Notes under the pieces: model-generated | What the model saw: the letters and a program-made list of their open reading frames with translations, nothing else | Told to the model about the DNA's origin: nothing | The model's database searches: none | Source: Dictyostelium discoideum | Lineage: Eukaryota | Assembly: GCA_000004695.1 (NCBI GenBank) | Contig: CM000154.2 | Span: 1,088,001-1,152,000 of the forward strand | DNA: 64,000 nt | Reading direction: 5' to 3' | Shown: in pieces, positions 12,340 to 29,149 of the stretch | Layout of the letters: every line of letters starts with the position of its first letter | Numbering within the stretch: position 1 is the stretch's first letter | Made by a program: the position numbers and the translations under genes

Positions 12340-13100
12340 TTATTTATTGTTTAGATCTTTTAAAACTTTTTCTTTAACACTATTTAAATCTTGAGTTATA
12401 TTTAAAATTAATTGACTTGATGATGAATTTTCAGTAATTTTTAACATTTCTTTTTTTAATTCCTCTGGATCTAATCTCTTTCTTTTATTTGGTATTGGTG
12501 CTTTTTTATTTTCTTGATTATAAAATAATTGAAGTAAGAGAATTGCTTGATTTTTTAATAAACCTGTTATACAATTATATGGTCTACCATTTGAAATTCT
12601 ATTTTTTAATTCAAAAAAAAAATAAAAAAAAATAAAAAAAATAAAAAAAATTTTAATATTTTGTTATTTAATTTTATTTTTATGAATTTAATTATATTTA
12701 TAAAAAAACCTACGGTGAAAAATTTAATTCATATACTGAACCATTACCACCAAATTTATCATTATGGCAACCAAAAAATACTCTTTTAATTTTACAAAAT
12801 TGAAGAGCTACGGAGCACATCAAACATGGCTCTACTGTTACATATAAATCACATTCCTCTAAAAGTGAGTCTTTAAATCTATCATTTAATTCCTTATTTA
12901 GAAATATCTGATCAAATGCTTCAAGTTCTGCGTGTCTTGTTCCCTTTTTTATGGGAATTAAAGGAAATCGTGAAAATAAAAAAATAAAAATTTTTGAAAC
13001 AGGGTTTTTAAAAAAAAAAAAAAAAATTAAAAAATTTTTAAAAAAAAAAAAAATTTTAACCAAATGGTGTTAATATATCATCACCTGGTGTCATTTTTCG

Positions 13101-13132
<32 letters not shown>

Positions 13133-13531
13133 TACAAAAAAAATCCAGTTCAAACGGCATTTTGCCTAAATACATACATTTTTTTTAATATTTGTTTTAT
13201 TTGAACCCCTTGCGATAATTTCTCCTTTATATACAATAACACATGCCACTGGTACTTCTCCCTCTTTTAATGCTTTATAACCCTATTTTAATTTAATTAT
13301 TAATAACAGTATTGATTTATTAAAATTATAATTATTATTAATAATAATAATAATAAATACCTCTTCAATAGCAGCTTCCATAAATTTTTTATGGTTTGAT
13401 AATTCTTCTTGAATTTCAGTTTCATTAAACTCTTCAACTGTTTTTATATAATATTGTTTCCTTGTTTCTTTTTCAATTGATTCATTTATTATTTTATTAC
13501 AACAGCTACTGCTATTGTTTAAATGATCCAT
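12340..13531 (-). CDS. tRNA-specific adenosine deaminase subunit 2 (ADAT2/Tad2). There are four exons, 13531..13361, 13282..13178, 12943..12714 and 12598..12340 on the minus strand, giving about 254 aa.
   Basis: Exon 1 ends ..MEAAIEE followed by GTATTT. Exon 2 reads GYKALKEGEVPVACVIVYKGEIIARGSNKTNIKKN and ends at GTATGT. Exon 3 carries the deaminase zinc motifs HAELEAFDQ and VTVEPCLMCSVAL, followed by FGCHNDKFGGNGSV. The apparent stop TAG at 12712-12710 is actually the splice donor CC|GTAGGT. Exon 4 (PISNGRPYNCITGLLKNQAILLLQLFYNQENKKAPIPNKRKR...) aligns with the human ADAT2 C-terminus ([39 protein letters not shown]). The stop is TAA at 12342-12340. Confidence 0.7.
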
Positions 13532-13843
13532 ATTTTTCTGAAATTTGTGAAAAACTAAAAAAAAAAAAATAAAAAAAAAATAAAAATAAAAAAATAAAAA
13601 ATAAAAATAATTGGTTTTGGGAAATAAAATTAATTTTTTAAAATAAAAAAAAAATATCTATATATTAAATTATTTTCTTGCAATGAAAATATGATATCTG
13701 GGAAAATCTAAATAAAAAACTATTATTACAATTATAACTTACTGTATTTATAAATTTAAATATAAAAAAAAAAAAAAAAAAAAAGAAAATTAATTTAATT
13801 AAAAACCTTTTTTGGTTTTTCATTATGCGATACTGGTTCAATA

Positions 13844-13874
<31 letters not shown>

Positions 13875-14142
13875 TTTTTTTTTTTTTTTATTTTTTTTTA
13901 AATTTTTTTTTTTAATTTTTTTTTTTTATTTTTTTTTTTTTGAATTTCATTATTTTTTCATTTTTTTTTTTTTTATTTTTTTTTTTTTTTTAAATATTAA
14001 ACATTTAATCAACCATAGAAATATTGGTACTATTTATAGGAAATAAAAAATCCTGTTGTATTAATATTGAAACTAATAATAATCATCAAACCACGTGGAG
14101 TAGATGATTTATTATTAAAGAGGTGTTATTAAACAATATATA

Positions 14143-14176
<34 letters not shown>

Positions 14177-14241
14177 CATTATCATCAATAAATAATATAA
14201 AACAAATATAATACATATATATAAATATAAAATCTTACAAA
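13532..14241. promoter_or_regulatory. Head-to-head bidirectional intergenic region between ADAT2 (minus) and ogdh (plus).
   Basis: The two genes have divergent starts 710 bp apart. The spacer is A/T homopolymer-rich, as in Dictyostelium promoters. Analogous divergent spacers are 19008-19651 (rpl22/SprT-like) and 47225-47534 (PSMG4-like/MAM33-like). Confidence 0.4.
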
Positions 14242-17954
<3,713 letters not shown>

Positions 17955-18394
17955 AAAAAAATTAAAATTAAAAAAAAATAAAAAATTAAATTAAAAAAAA
18001 AAAAAAAAAAAAAGAATTAAAATATACATATATATAAATAACAAAAAAAAAAAAAAAAGAAATTTGTAAATAAAAAAGCGAATGAAAAAAAAAAAAAATA
18101 TTTTATAATTTAATTTAAAAAATAAAATCTAATTTTTTCCAAACCATTTTATTATTGAAATAAAAGTTAAAAATTAAATACAACAAAATGATTTAAAAAT
18201 AAAAAAATAAAATAAATAAAAGAAAATTAAATTTTAGTTATGTACAAAAAATATAAAACAAATTTGTTTTATAAATGGTTTTTAATTATTTTTTTTAATA
18301 AATTAACACTATGTTTTTTTTTTTTTTTTTTTTTTTAAATGTTAAACCAGATTTATTCGTTTACCATTTTGATCAAAGGTTGGGACCAAAGTGT

Positions 18395-19007
18395 TTATTC
18401 TTGTGATTCAGAGTCACCAATGTTGAAGTATCTGAGTTCGTAGGTGTTTTTGGTGGTGGCAACAACACGTAAGAAATCTCTGATTTGTTTGAATTTTAAG
18501 AATTTCTTGGTTAAATATTTGAGGTATCTCTTTGAGAATGGGATGGTGGTGTTGATGATGATCTTTGATTTATCTTTTGAGATAACAACAGTTGAACCGA
18601 GGTTACCAACTTTGTTGTCAACTTTGATTCTATCGTGTAAGTACTTTTCGAAAGCAGCAACATCGACGATTTTACCGGCTGGGGCGGTACAATCAATGAC
18701 GAATTTATGTGATTTCTTTACGACGGTTTTCTAATTTCAAAAAAAAAAAAATTCAAAATTAGTATTACTCAAAAAAATAAAATAAAAATCTCACTGAATA
18801 AGAAAGGATCATGAAGGGATTCAATTATGTTTTTTTTTCAAAAAAAAAAAATAAAAACAATATTATGATTTAAAATAACTTTGACCATTTTTATAAAATC
18901 ATTTTGTTTTCTATCTTTTTTTTTTTTTTCAAAACACAACTTAACCCCTATCATTGATCCCTTCAAATACAGTGTTTATTGAATACACATACTTGTACTG
19001 AAGGCAT
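18395..19007 (-). CDS. rpl22: 60S ribosomal protein L22e. Exons are 19007..18993 and 18730..18395 on the minus strand, giving about 116 aa.
   Basis: This is a GC-enriched island with the codon bias of a highly expressed gene. On the minus strand a 15-nt first coding exon, ATGCCTTCAGTACAA (MPSVQ), is followed by a GTATGT donor and a 262-nt intron. The acceptor is ...GAAATTAG. Exon 2 reads [111 protein letters not shown], which matches RPL22 ([23 protein letters not shown]). Confidence 0.75.
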
Positions 19008-19105
19008 TTTATAGTTACGCGTTGTTGGTTTGATCTAGACACACTGAAAAAAAAAAAAAAAAATTAGAAATTTGTTCATTTATTTACAAAAATCTTTCGG
19101 CTTCG

Positions 19106-19162
<57 letters not shown>

Positions 19163-19537
19163 GAAATTTTTTTTTTTTTTTACATAGCATTTACATTTTT
19201 GAATGTAAAAAAAAAATTATGGCTAAAAATAAAGAATTGTTTGGATTGTGTATTGTTTAAATATTTAATTACTTTTTTTTATTATTTCTTTTTTTATTGT
19301 TTTGTTTTTACTTTTTTAGAAAATTAATAAAAATTTTTATTATTATTATTATTATTATTTTTATTTTTATTACTGTTTTTTAAATTTTAAATATGTGATT
19401 TTTTTATTTTTATTTTTATTTTTTTTTGTGTTTATTAAAAAAAAAAAAAATAGATAAAAAATTTATCAAATAATAATATTAGTTTTTTTTTTTAGTTATA
19501 CTTTCCATAAAAAAAAAAAACCATCAACCCATTTTTC

Positions 19538-19575
<38 letters not shown>

Positions 19576-19651
19576 CAAATTAAAATTTAAAAAATTTTTT
19601 TTTTAATTTTTATTTATTGTCAATATAAAGAATATAATTTAATGATTGAAT

Positions 19652-19987
19652 ATGCCTTTAACTAAAACAGGCACAACGAAAAAAAGAAGTGATGAACCAA
19701 CTGTTTCATCATCCAAATTAAAAAATAAATCAACAACAACATCATCGTCACCATCAGAATCTGTTGCAACCACACCACCAATAACAACAAAAACAACAAC
19801 AACAACAACAACAAAAAGAGATATTCACACACCAAGCCCAGAATTATTAGAGTATTTAAGATTGGTAGAAAGGGTTGAGAATTTAGCTCTAACTAGAAAT
19901 TGGAAACCTTCATCCTCAAAAAAAGTTAAAATAATTAATAATCTTGATGAATTACTACTAACAATTAATGAAATTGACGAAAATGAT

Positions 19988-20027
<40 letters not shown>

Positions 20028-22390
20028 TTAATTCTTCAATCAAATTAGAAAAAGTGAAAAAAGTTGAAAAAGAAATAGAGAAAGGAGAAAAAATAAAAGA
20101 AAATAAAGAAAAAGAAAAAGAAAAAGAAAAAGAAAAAGAAAAAGAAAATGAAAATGAAAATGAAAATGAAAATGAAAATGAAAATGAAAATGAAAATGAA
20201 AATGAAAATGTAAATGAAAAAGAAAAAGAAAAAGAAAAAGAAAAAGAAAAAGAAAATGAAATTAAAGAAAAAGAAATTATAATTAAAAAAGAAGAACCAA
20301 AAGAGAAAATTAAAAAAGAAGTTAGAATCAAAGAGAATGAAGAAGTCAAGGAAAAACAAAACAAAAAATTATCAAGTACATTAAAACAATTAAAGAGATT
20401 TAGTATACATGAGGATGTTTTAGATTATCTCTCAAATTCAACATTGTCAGGTGCACCACCTCCACCACCTCCACCTTCATCACCATCACCATCACCATCA
20501 ACACAACAAAAAACACCTCAAACCCCTAAAACACCACAAACACCACAAACACCACACACATCATATCAAACACCACTACAAACACCAAAAACACCAATGG
20601 ATACCTATTCAAGTGATAATGATAATTCTTCCACACCAATTAAAGTGCCAACCCTAAGTAGTTTAATTGAAGAAGATGAAGAGGATGAGGATATTGAACT
20701 TATCATATTAAATTCTGCAAGAAAAAATAAAAGAATACCTAATAAATATTTAGTTAATCAATATGATGACGATGATACTGAAGAAGAGGAAGATGATCAT
20801 TCAAAAACTCCTTCTAAATTATTAACACCAATGATAACACCAAGTAAAGAAATTGCACAACAACAAAAAATAAATGATGAAAAATTAAAACAACAACAAC
20901 AAAAAATAAATGATGAAAAATTAAAGAAAGAAAAAGAAAAAGAAAAACAAGATGATGATAATATTTTAGAACAGCTAAATAAAGTAACAATTACACCAAA
21001 AAGACAGCAGCAAACTTTACCAATTAAAGATCAACAAAAAGATTGTACATTAATAACTAAAACTACAAACACAACCACAGTTGCTACTCCAACACCAACA
21101 ACAACAACAACAATAACAAACCCACCAAAACCAATAACTAGAGATACATCATCACTTCATTTATTAACAAAACAATTTAGGTTAACAAGTATTGGTGATA
21201 CATCAAATGATCAACATAATGAAACAATTGAAAGTTCATTACCAGTATCATCATCATCATCATCATCGTCAAAAACTATAGCAACAACAACGACAACAAC
21301 AATTGATAATGAAAATCAAGAACATATAAAATTTGGAAGTGTTCAATCATTTTACCCGGTTGAACCAAATAATGATAAATTTAATGAATCAATGATGTGT
21401 TCACCATTGAATTTAGATACAGCTCATTTACCAGGAGTTGTTCAATTCTTTGAAAGGGATAAAAAGATTCATGCAATTAGTTACTTTAAACGATATAATC
21501 ATACAGTTTTTCAAAATAAATTTCCAGAGGATATGATAGTTTGGAGTGATCAACATTTATCAACACCGGGTAAAACATCGATCACTAAAAAGAATGATTT
21601 CAATTTGGCAAAGATAATACTATCAACAAAGTTAATATCATCAGTTGAAACATTGGCCAATGTATTATGTCATGAAATGTGTCATGCTGCAACTTGGATG
21701 TTTGATAACTCAAAGAAGGCACATGGTAGTGAATTTAAATTTTGGGCAAGAATAGCTCAAACCCAATATCCAGAGTTATCAATTGATATGTGTGATAACT
21801 TTAAATCCTCGTTTGCATATCACTACAAATGTCAATCATTATCTTGTGATGTCAGTTTCGGTAGAAGTACTCCAAATGATGAATTGCTCTATTGTGGTAA
21901 ATGTGGTTCACCAATTGTTCCCGTTGAAAAGGTAGAGACTGAATCAAGATTCGATAGATTCCTAAGGGATAATTTCAATGAAACTAAATTAAAACATCCA
22001 TCTCTAACTCCGGATGAAGTTAAATCAATCATTCAATTAAGATGGAGAAAATTAGAAATTGATCGTGAAAAATTAAAGAAAAAAGAACAACAATTTATAA
22101 ATAACAAAAATTTAATTACTAATGAATTTATATCATCAACATCAACCTCAACATCTGCAATAAAAAATAGAACAACAACAACAACACCAACACCAACAAC
22201 AACACCAGAAGAATCTAATTCAAAAAATAATAATAGTAATTCAACATTAAATTCATCAACAAAACCAATACTAAAAAAAGCATCTTCCACTGCAGTTGGA
22301 AATAATAAAACCACTAGTGGTAAAACAAAGTTAATTCCTATTGATGATTTACCACAAATCTCTACTATTAAAAAATCTTTAAAAAAATAA
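19652..22390 (+). CDS. SprT-like zinc metalloprotease domain protein of the Spartan/GCNA family, with a long disordered acidic/KE-rich N-terminal half. It is a single exon of about 912 aa.
   Basis: The true ATG is at 19652; the track's start at 19646 is a TTG. An HExxH motif sits in a SprT context (LANVLCHEMCHAATWMFDNSKKAHGSEFKFWARIAQ). It is followed by a Cys-rich zinc-finger-like segment (YHYKCQSLSCDVSFGRS...YCGKCGSP). The N-terminal 550 aa are low-complexity (T/S runs, (EN)n, (KE)n, PS-rich, polyN). Confidence 0.6.
20144..20219 (+). repeat. (GAAAAT)n hexanucleotide repeat, about 12 units, encoding (EN)n. It is flanked by (AAAGAA)n runs encoding (KE)n.
   Basis: Read directly inside the SprT-like CDS. 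Confidence 0.9.
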
Positions 22391-22787
22391 ATTAATTTTA
22401 TTTAAATTATTTTTAAAAAATCCAAACTCTTACAATTTTTTTTTTATTTCCCAATAGCTAAAAAAAAAATAAAAAAAAAAAAAAAGAAATCAAACAAGAT
22501 GGAGATTTTGATCAAGATTAAAATTGGTTTTTTTTTTTTTTTTTTTTTGAGGATGTCAGAAATTGGGTTTTAAAAAAAAGGATTTTTTTATTTTGCTGGA
22601 AAAAAAATCAGAAATCCTGCCCATTTTTTTTTTTTGGTTTCAATTTTTTTTTTTTTTTTTTTTCAACCAACTAAATTCCATTTTTTAATCAATCTAAGTT
22701 ATCGAAGTTATTAAATATTGATTAAAAACCGGAATCGATTGGATAATTTTTAAAAATTTATATTTAAAATTTATAATGTATTAAATA

Positions 22788-22819
<32 letters not shown>

Positions 22820-22991
22820 ATAAATAGACTAATAATAAAAAAAAAAAAAAAGTTTATAGTTTAATTTTTATTTATTATATAATTGTATTAAAAAATTATT
22901 TATTATTTTTATTAATCTTTGTTTTTATTTATTATTTTTTTAAAAAAGGAATAGAAAAAAATTTATAAAAGTAAATTTTAAATTTTTAATA

Positions 22992-25900
22992 ATGAAAAAT
23001 ATAATAAAATATTTATTTATTTTTCTTTGTTTTCTAATTATTACAGAAGGTAAAAATTTATATTCATTTTGTTTTTTATTTGTTTATTTATTTTAATCTA
23101 ACCAAAAGTTTAATTATTTCAATTTAGCAACACATTTCCGTTATGGTACTATTTCATGGGCTCCAACCACAAAATATAACAACATTAAAATAACGGTGAA
23201 TTTAGCCTTCAGAACAGGATATTGGGGCAGTGTAGCAATTGGTCAACAGATTTCTCATGGAAACATTGATTTTGGAGATAATACAAAAACTGGTCTTACA
23301 ATGACCGTTACAAGTAAGGATACTGATAATGAATGGTTTACTGCAACTTGGAGTGGAATACATGAATATTCTCCTCAACCAACAGCACAGACTAAAAACT
23401 ACATAGTCGTTTACAAAGATTGTTGTAGAATTAGCACACTTTTGAACAATGGTGATCAATATTGGCATATTTCAGCTGGAATTCAAATCGATAGTTCAAA
23501 TGCATTTCCTAATGTCAATTGGTCTCCAGTGACAAACATGATGCCAATCGTTAGGGTTATTGCTAATAAAAATAACAATTTCCGTATTATCGCCAATGAC
23601 CAAAATAAACAAACTGCTCTATCTTATAAATTCACTGATACTTGGACAATGGATCAACCACCTGGTATGACCGTTGATTCTATAAATGGTAACTGTTGGT
23701 TTTTGCCAACAAAAGAGGGTCTTTACTCCACTCAAATTAAAGTAACCGATGCTCTTGGTGCTTATGTTGTAGTTGATTTTCTTCTTCAAACATACACTGA
23801 AGTTGGTAAATGTGACCCAACCTGTTCAAATGCTGATGCCTCTTGCACTTCAAACTCCCAATGTACAAAATGTTCAAATACTGGCTCCAACTCAATCAAT
23901 ACTTGTACAAATATACAATCACCACCAGAATTTATCATCCCAACACCAAAAAATGGTGAAACAATACTTTTCCCAATTGATAAAAGCTCTGAATTTTATC
24001 TTTCATGTAAAACACCATATGCTTCCAGAACTGCATCAATTACCACATCAAGTATACCAACAGAGCTTGCATTAACAACCACTTCAACAGGCCAAACCAA
24101 TTCGATAAAATACTCATGGTCACCGAAAACTTCTTCAATTGGTTCCTATGTTATTTCTGCTCTATGTAAAGACTCTTCAGGATTAACTTCCGAGGTCCGT
24201 TCATTTACAATCCGTATTGGTAAGTTTAATTGTCCAACCATAGAAAACTTTTTTTATTTGGTTTAAAAATTTTCAATATATGTATTAATTTATTGTTTTT
24301 TAATTTTAGAAAAACCTGAATGTGGTAATGGAGGAATAAAGGGTGGTGACGGTAAATGTGTTTGTATAGGAAATTGGGATACTATTTATCAATGTTTTGA
24401 ATGTAAGGATGGTTTCTATGGAGATAAATGTACTGTTTTACCACCATGTAAAAATGGTGTACCAAATGGTGGTGTGAATGGTGATGGTAAATGTTTATGT
24501 AACAATGGTTGGACTGGAAGTGATTGTAGTGTCTCCAATTCTCAAAGTTGTGGTTCAATGACAAGTAGTATTCTTTCTTCTTCAAATGCTGTATCATCAT
24601 ATTTAAATCCAATTAAAGCTCAAGTTTATCTAGCTAATGATAAAAAGTTTGATTTTCCACTTGTTCTCAGTATTCCAAGTACACTTTCTAAACTTGACGT
24701 TTACCTTTTGGTAGATGCAAATATGAATTCAGCTGCAACTTTTTTAAACATATATAATGGTATGGATAATTTTATTTCTTCAGTTAAAAAATTTGCCGAA
24801 GATACTCAGTTTGGTTTAGGTATATTCAGTGATTACCCAAGTAATTCTATTACATTCCAACCAAATTCAAATATTGGTTCTGATATCTCCTCTGCTATTC
24901 GTGAATTTAAACCTTCATCCTATTCTTCCTCATCAAACGGTAACTCACTTTTGGCTGCAACTCAAGCATCATCTGCACAAGTTGGTTGGAATAGTGGTTC
25001 ATTTAAAGTTATTGTAATTATTACCGATATTGATTATCAGGCAAATCCAACAGAGAAATCAAGTTTTACTAATTCATTGATTGATAAATCTGTTGTTCCT
25101 GTTGTAATCGGATTTGGTTCTCCAATTCCTAATTGGGGAGCCTCAATTTCATCCAACGGATTTGGATATACTGTACAATCAGCAATAACTTCTGGTGATT
25201 GGTCAACAAAAGCAGCTGCTGGAATTAAAGCTGTATCAAGTAAACTCGTTTATAAATCAGGTGAAATGGCCAATGGTAAATCTCTTGTTACTTCATTACC
25301 AATTGGTGAAACCATTACACAATCAACCCAAAAAACCGTTACAATTTCTCTTTTAAAACCAGCAACTACAAATATTGAATCACCAGTTGCAAAGGTGTCT
25401 GTTATGGGTTATGGACAAACTGTTATTTCTATTAATTCCAATCGTCAACCAACCGTATCCAATTCTGGTTTCTCTGTTGATCAAAATTCGTTTGCTACAT
25501 TCAAATTGACAGGAAGTGATGCAGATTTAAATATTTTAACATTTAAATTTACATCATTTTTGGATAGTACTGCAGGTATTATTACAAGTAGTTCAGGTGT
25601 GGATGTTTCAACCCAAACAAATACTTTTTATTCATCGACTGAAGTTTTCAAATTTACACCAAAAAAGAATTATATCGCCACTTCTTCAATTTCATTCATT
25701 GCCAATGATGGTTGTGTTGATAGTACTGCAGCAACTATTACAATCACTATCAATAGAATTAACCAAGCACCAGAATGTCAACCAATAACAATAAATGCCT
25801 TGTTAAACCAACAAGTTGGAATTTCATTGAGTGCTAGTGATTTCGAAGATGTTGCATCAAAGATTGCTATATTTGTTTCCAACCCATCGCCATTGACTGT

Positions 25901-28900
25901 CTATGGTTCATTTAATTATCAAGATAAACCAATTACAACAACCACAACAATTAATAACCCATGGCAATTAACCTTTAAACAAATTGTAAATCCACCATCA
26001 GCTATATCTGTTGGAGTTCCATTTAAATCAAGAGATAGTGCCTCGCTTTATTCAAAAGAATGTTTAATAACCGTTAATTTTGTACACACTAATGAAGCAC
26101 CAATTTCATCATCTTTATCACCTGTCCCAGTTAATCCAAGAGATAAAACAACAATAACTTTGACATCCACAGATTATGACTCAACAAGTGCCACATTTAA
26201 TATTAAATCATTTACAACAGGTACTGATGGTAAGGGTACTTTTTACATTTGTCCACAATTGGGTGATTGTTCTTGTACAACAACACAAATAAAATTACAA
26301 AAAAACTATGTATCAAGCGCAGTTTCATATTCAACCAATATTGCCAATCTTGGAATTTGTTTCTCTAATGATCAATCAAGTCAAATTACCGATTATGCTT
26401 CTGTCACTTTTACTTCAACTGATAACCAAGGTTTAGAATCATTACCAGTCACTGTAAATATTAATGTTGTTGGTACTCGTCCAAATAGTCCACCTACAAT
26501 TATTTCAATTCCGAAATATTCTGTTTTCCAAGATTATAAAGACTATGATAAAAGTAGTAAAATAATTGATGGTACAGATACAGACCAAGATGATTATGAC
26601 AAATCCCAAGGTGTAAACAATTTAATTGCCGTTATCACTGAGAAACCAAAAAAAGGTACACTATATTTGAAAAATGATGGTAGTGTCGCTTCAAATTCCC
26701 CAGCTCCAATGGAAATTTATTATGTCCCAAATCCAGGTACTTTTGGAGATGATACCTATTCATACAAAGTTATTGATACTCTTCAAGCTTCATCAACCAT
26801 TGCAACTACAACTGTCTCTGTCATTCAAATTAATCATAAACCATCTGTTAGTGCCGATTCCTATTCATTTACATCCCAAGATGTCCAATTCGAAAAATCA
26901 TTAGTTACTAGTGATTTCGATGGAGACCAAGTAAATTGTCAAGTTATTGCACTTCCAAACCAAATCAGTATGTATGATTCTGAAGGTATTTTAATCACCC
27001 AAGTTCCTGCCAAACTTTCCAAAAATTCTTACAGCTTTAGACTTTTAGATCCTTCATTGATCATACCTTCACCATTTTCAAATGTTCAATCACAATTTAC
27101 TGTTAATTGTTTGGATGTTACTAGTAAAACCGATCCATTTGGCCCATTACAAAGTGATGATCTTATTGTAAATGTTGGATATATCTATATTAATACTCCA
27201 CCAAAAACTAAAACTCTTACTGTACAACTTGATCAAGATACAAGCAAGGCATTTACATTTAATGGCGATGATATTGAAACACCCACATCGGATCTTAAAG
27301 TAAAGATTTTCTCATTACCAACCAATGGTAGACTTTCAAACCAATATGGCTACCTTAATGGAACATCCATTTCCAGTAGAACTTATTACCTCAATGAATT
27401 AACCTATACTCCAAATGCTGGTCTTTCCAATTGGGACACTGAAGATAATAATAGTCCACTCGATAAAATTTCATATGCTGTTTTAGATAAAGGAGGTCTT
27501 TCTTCAGAGACTGATTTAGTTTATTTTAGTGTTAGACCAAGAAATCCACCAATTTATACTGGTAAAGATGAAATTAATGTATTACAAAACACTCGTTATC
27601 CATTGACAATCATTGGTGAAATTGGTAATGGTGGCTCATCTGTGGCAATTAGTGTCGTTAGTTTCACTGGTAATGGTACATTATATGAAACATTCAATAT
27701 GGGTAGCGAAGGTACAATTGATAGACAAATCTCATCCTATCCAGTCAATAGAAGCGATTCTTTGGTAGGATCCTACTTTTATGCATATAAACCACCACAC
27801 AACCAATATGGAGATGATTTTGATACAATTACATTCGTACTTATTGATGGTGATCTTGTTTCAAAGATTTATACTGTCACTGTTAATGTTATTCATGTAA
27901 ATCAACCACCAACAATCAAATTAATTAGTTATAAAGTTTTGGGAGGTTCTGGTAAAGAAATTGAATTTGGTTCAAATTCAACTGTTAATATGAATATAAA
28001 TACCATGGCACTTGTTAAATATATTGGTAACGATATTGATAAAGATCAAGTTGGTCCATTAGGTTCCAAAGTTTTAAATATTCCTTTAACTGGTACCATT
28101 TATAAATTTAATAATGAAACAACTCCATTAGGTGCCATTATTAAAGACAAAAATTTAAATATTGAAAGAAATGATGATGGTTTCTATTATTTTGTATTTG
28201 TTCCAATTAAAGGTAGTACCGGTCAAGGATATGCTCGTGTTCCATTGATTGTCATTGATGATGGTGGTCTCGTTTCTCCATCTGAATCTGTTGACTTCAA
28301 TGTAAACAATATTAATATTCCACCAGTAATTACAATTGATAAAGAAAAGAGATCTTATTCTCTTCTAACCAATCTTACAATATCTGCAACCAAGATAACA
28401 TTTGATGACCCAGATTCTAAAAACAATGATGTGTCAATTACCATTTCAATTGTTGGTGAAAAAGATGAAACTGTTGTACCATTTTCAAATGTTAGCTTCA
28501 CTGTTACCACTGGTAAAGCAACATGTAAACCTGATTCAACTTTATCAAGTATTACTTGTGTTGGTAAAAAATCAGAACTTAATAAAGTAATCTCCAAAAT
28601 TGATATTATTGCAAAAGTAGCTGGAAATTATCGTCTTAAAGTATTTGTTGATGATTTAGGTTATAATTCACCAATTTCAATTAGAAGTTCAACACATTTG
28701 AACGCTACCGATTATGTAACTTTGCAAATTTCCTCGCCAGAAGTAACAACTCAAAATTCTAGTAATAAAACTGTTTTATCTGGTGCTATTGCTGGTGCTG
28801 CCGCTGGTACTGCTTTGATTGCTGCCGCTATGTGGAAAATGTTAAGAAAAGCTGCTCCACCAACTGATGCATTCTTTGATGAAGGTGCTTTCCTTGGTGA

Positions 28901-28985
28901 TGGTGTTAACTCTAATCCAATGTATCAAGAATCAAAGAATGGTGGTGAAAATCCATTATACTTGGCTTCAAATGAAACATTATAG
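22992..28985 (+). CDS. Sib-family (similar to integrin beta) type-I transmembrane adhesion receptor. Exons are 22992..23049, 23128..24219 and 24310..28985, giving about 1941 aa.
   Basis: Exon 1 encodes a signal peptide, MKNIIKYLFIFLCFLIITE|G, and ends at the GT donor at 23050. Exon 2 starts ATHFRYGTISWAPTT.. and ends at GTAAGT at 24220. Exon 3 begins with EGF-like Cys repeats (CGNGGIKGGDGKCVCIGNWD...CNNGWTGSDC). A VWA/integrin-beta-I-like segment follows (LDVYLLVDANMNSAATF...IVIITDIDYQ), then a very long extracellular repeat region. A single Gly/Ala-rich TM helix (VLSGAIAGAAAGTALIAAAMW) precedes a short cytoplasmic tail with two NPxY motifs (NPMYQESKNGGENPLYLASNETL). The stop is TAG at 28983-28985. 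Confidence 0.7.
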
Positions 28986-29115
28986 TCTAATTTTAATTAA
29001 AAAAAAAAAACTAAAACACTTTTTTTTTTTATTATAAGCAATAAATAAAATAATATTTATTTATAATTTATAATTGATTATTATCTTTTTGTAATTGTTT
29101 TAATTTTTCTTCTTT

Positions 29116-29149
<34 letters not shown>

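Noticed and set aside
18444-18734. A plus ORF of 96 aa and a minus ORF of 61 aa (18511..18696).
   Set aside because: They are the wrong strand or frame of the rpl22 exon. The correct frame gives an unambiguous L22e sequence.
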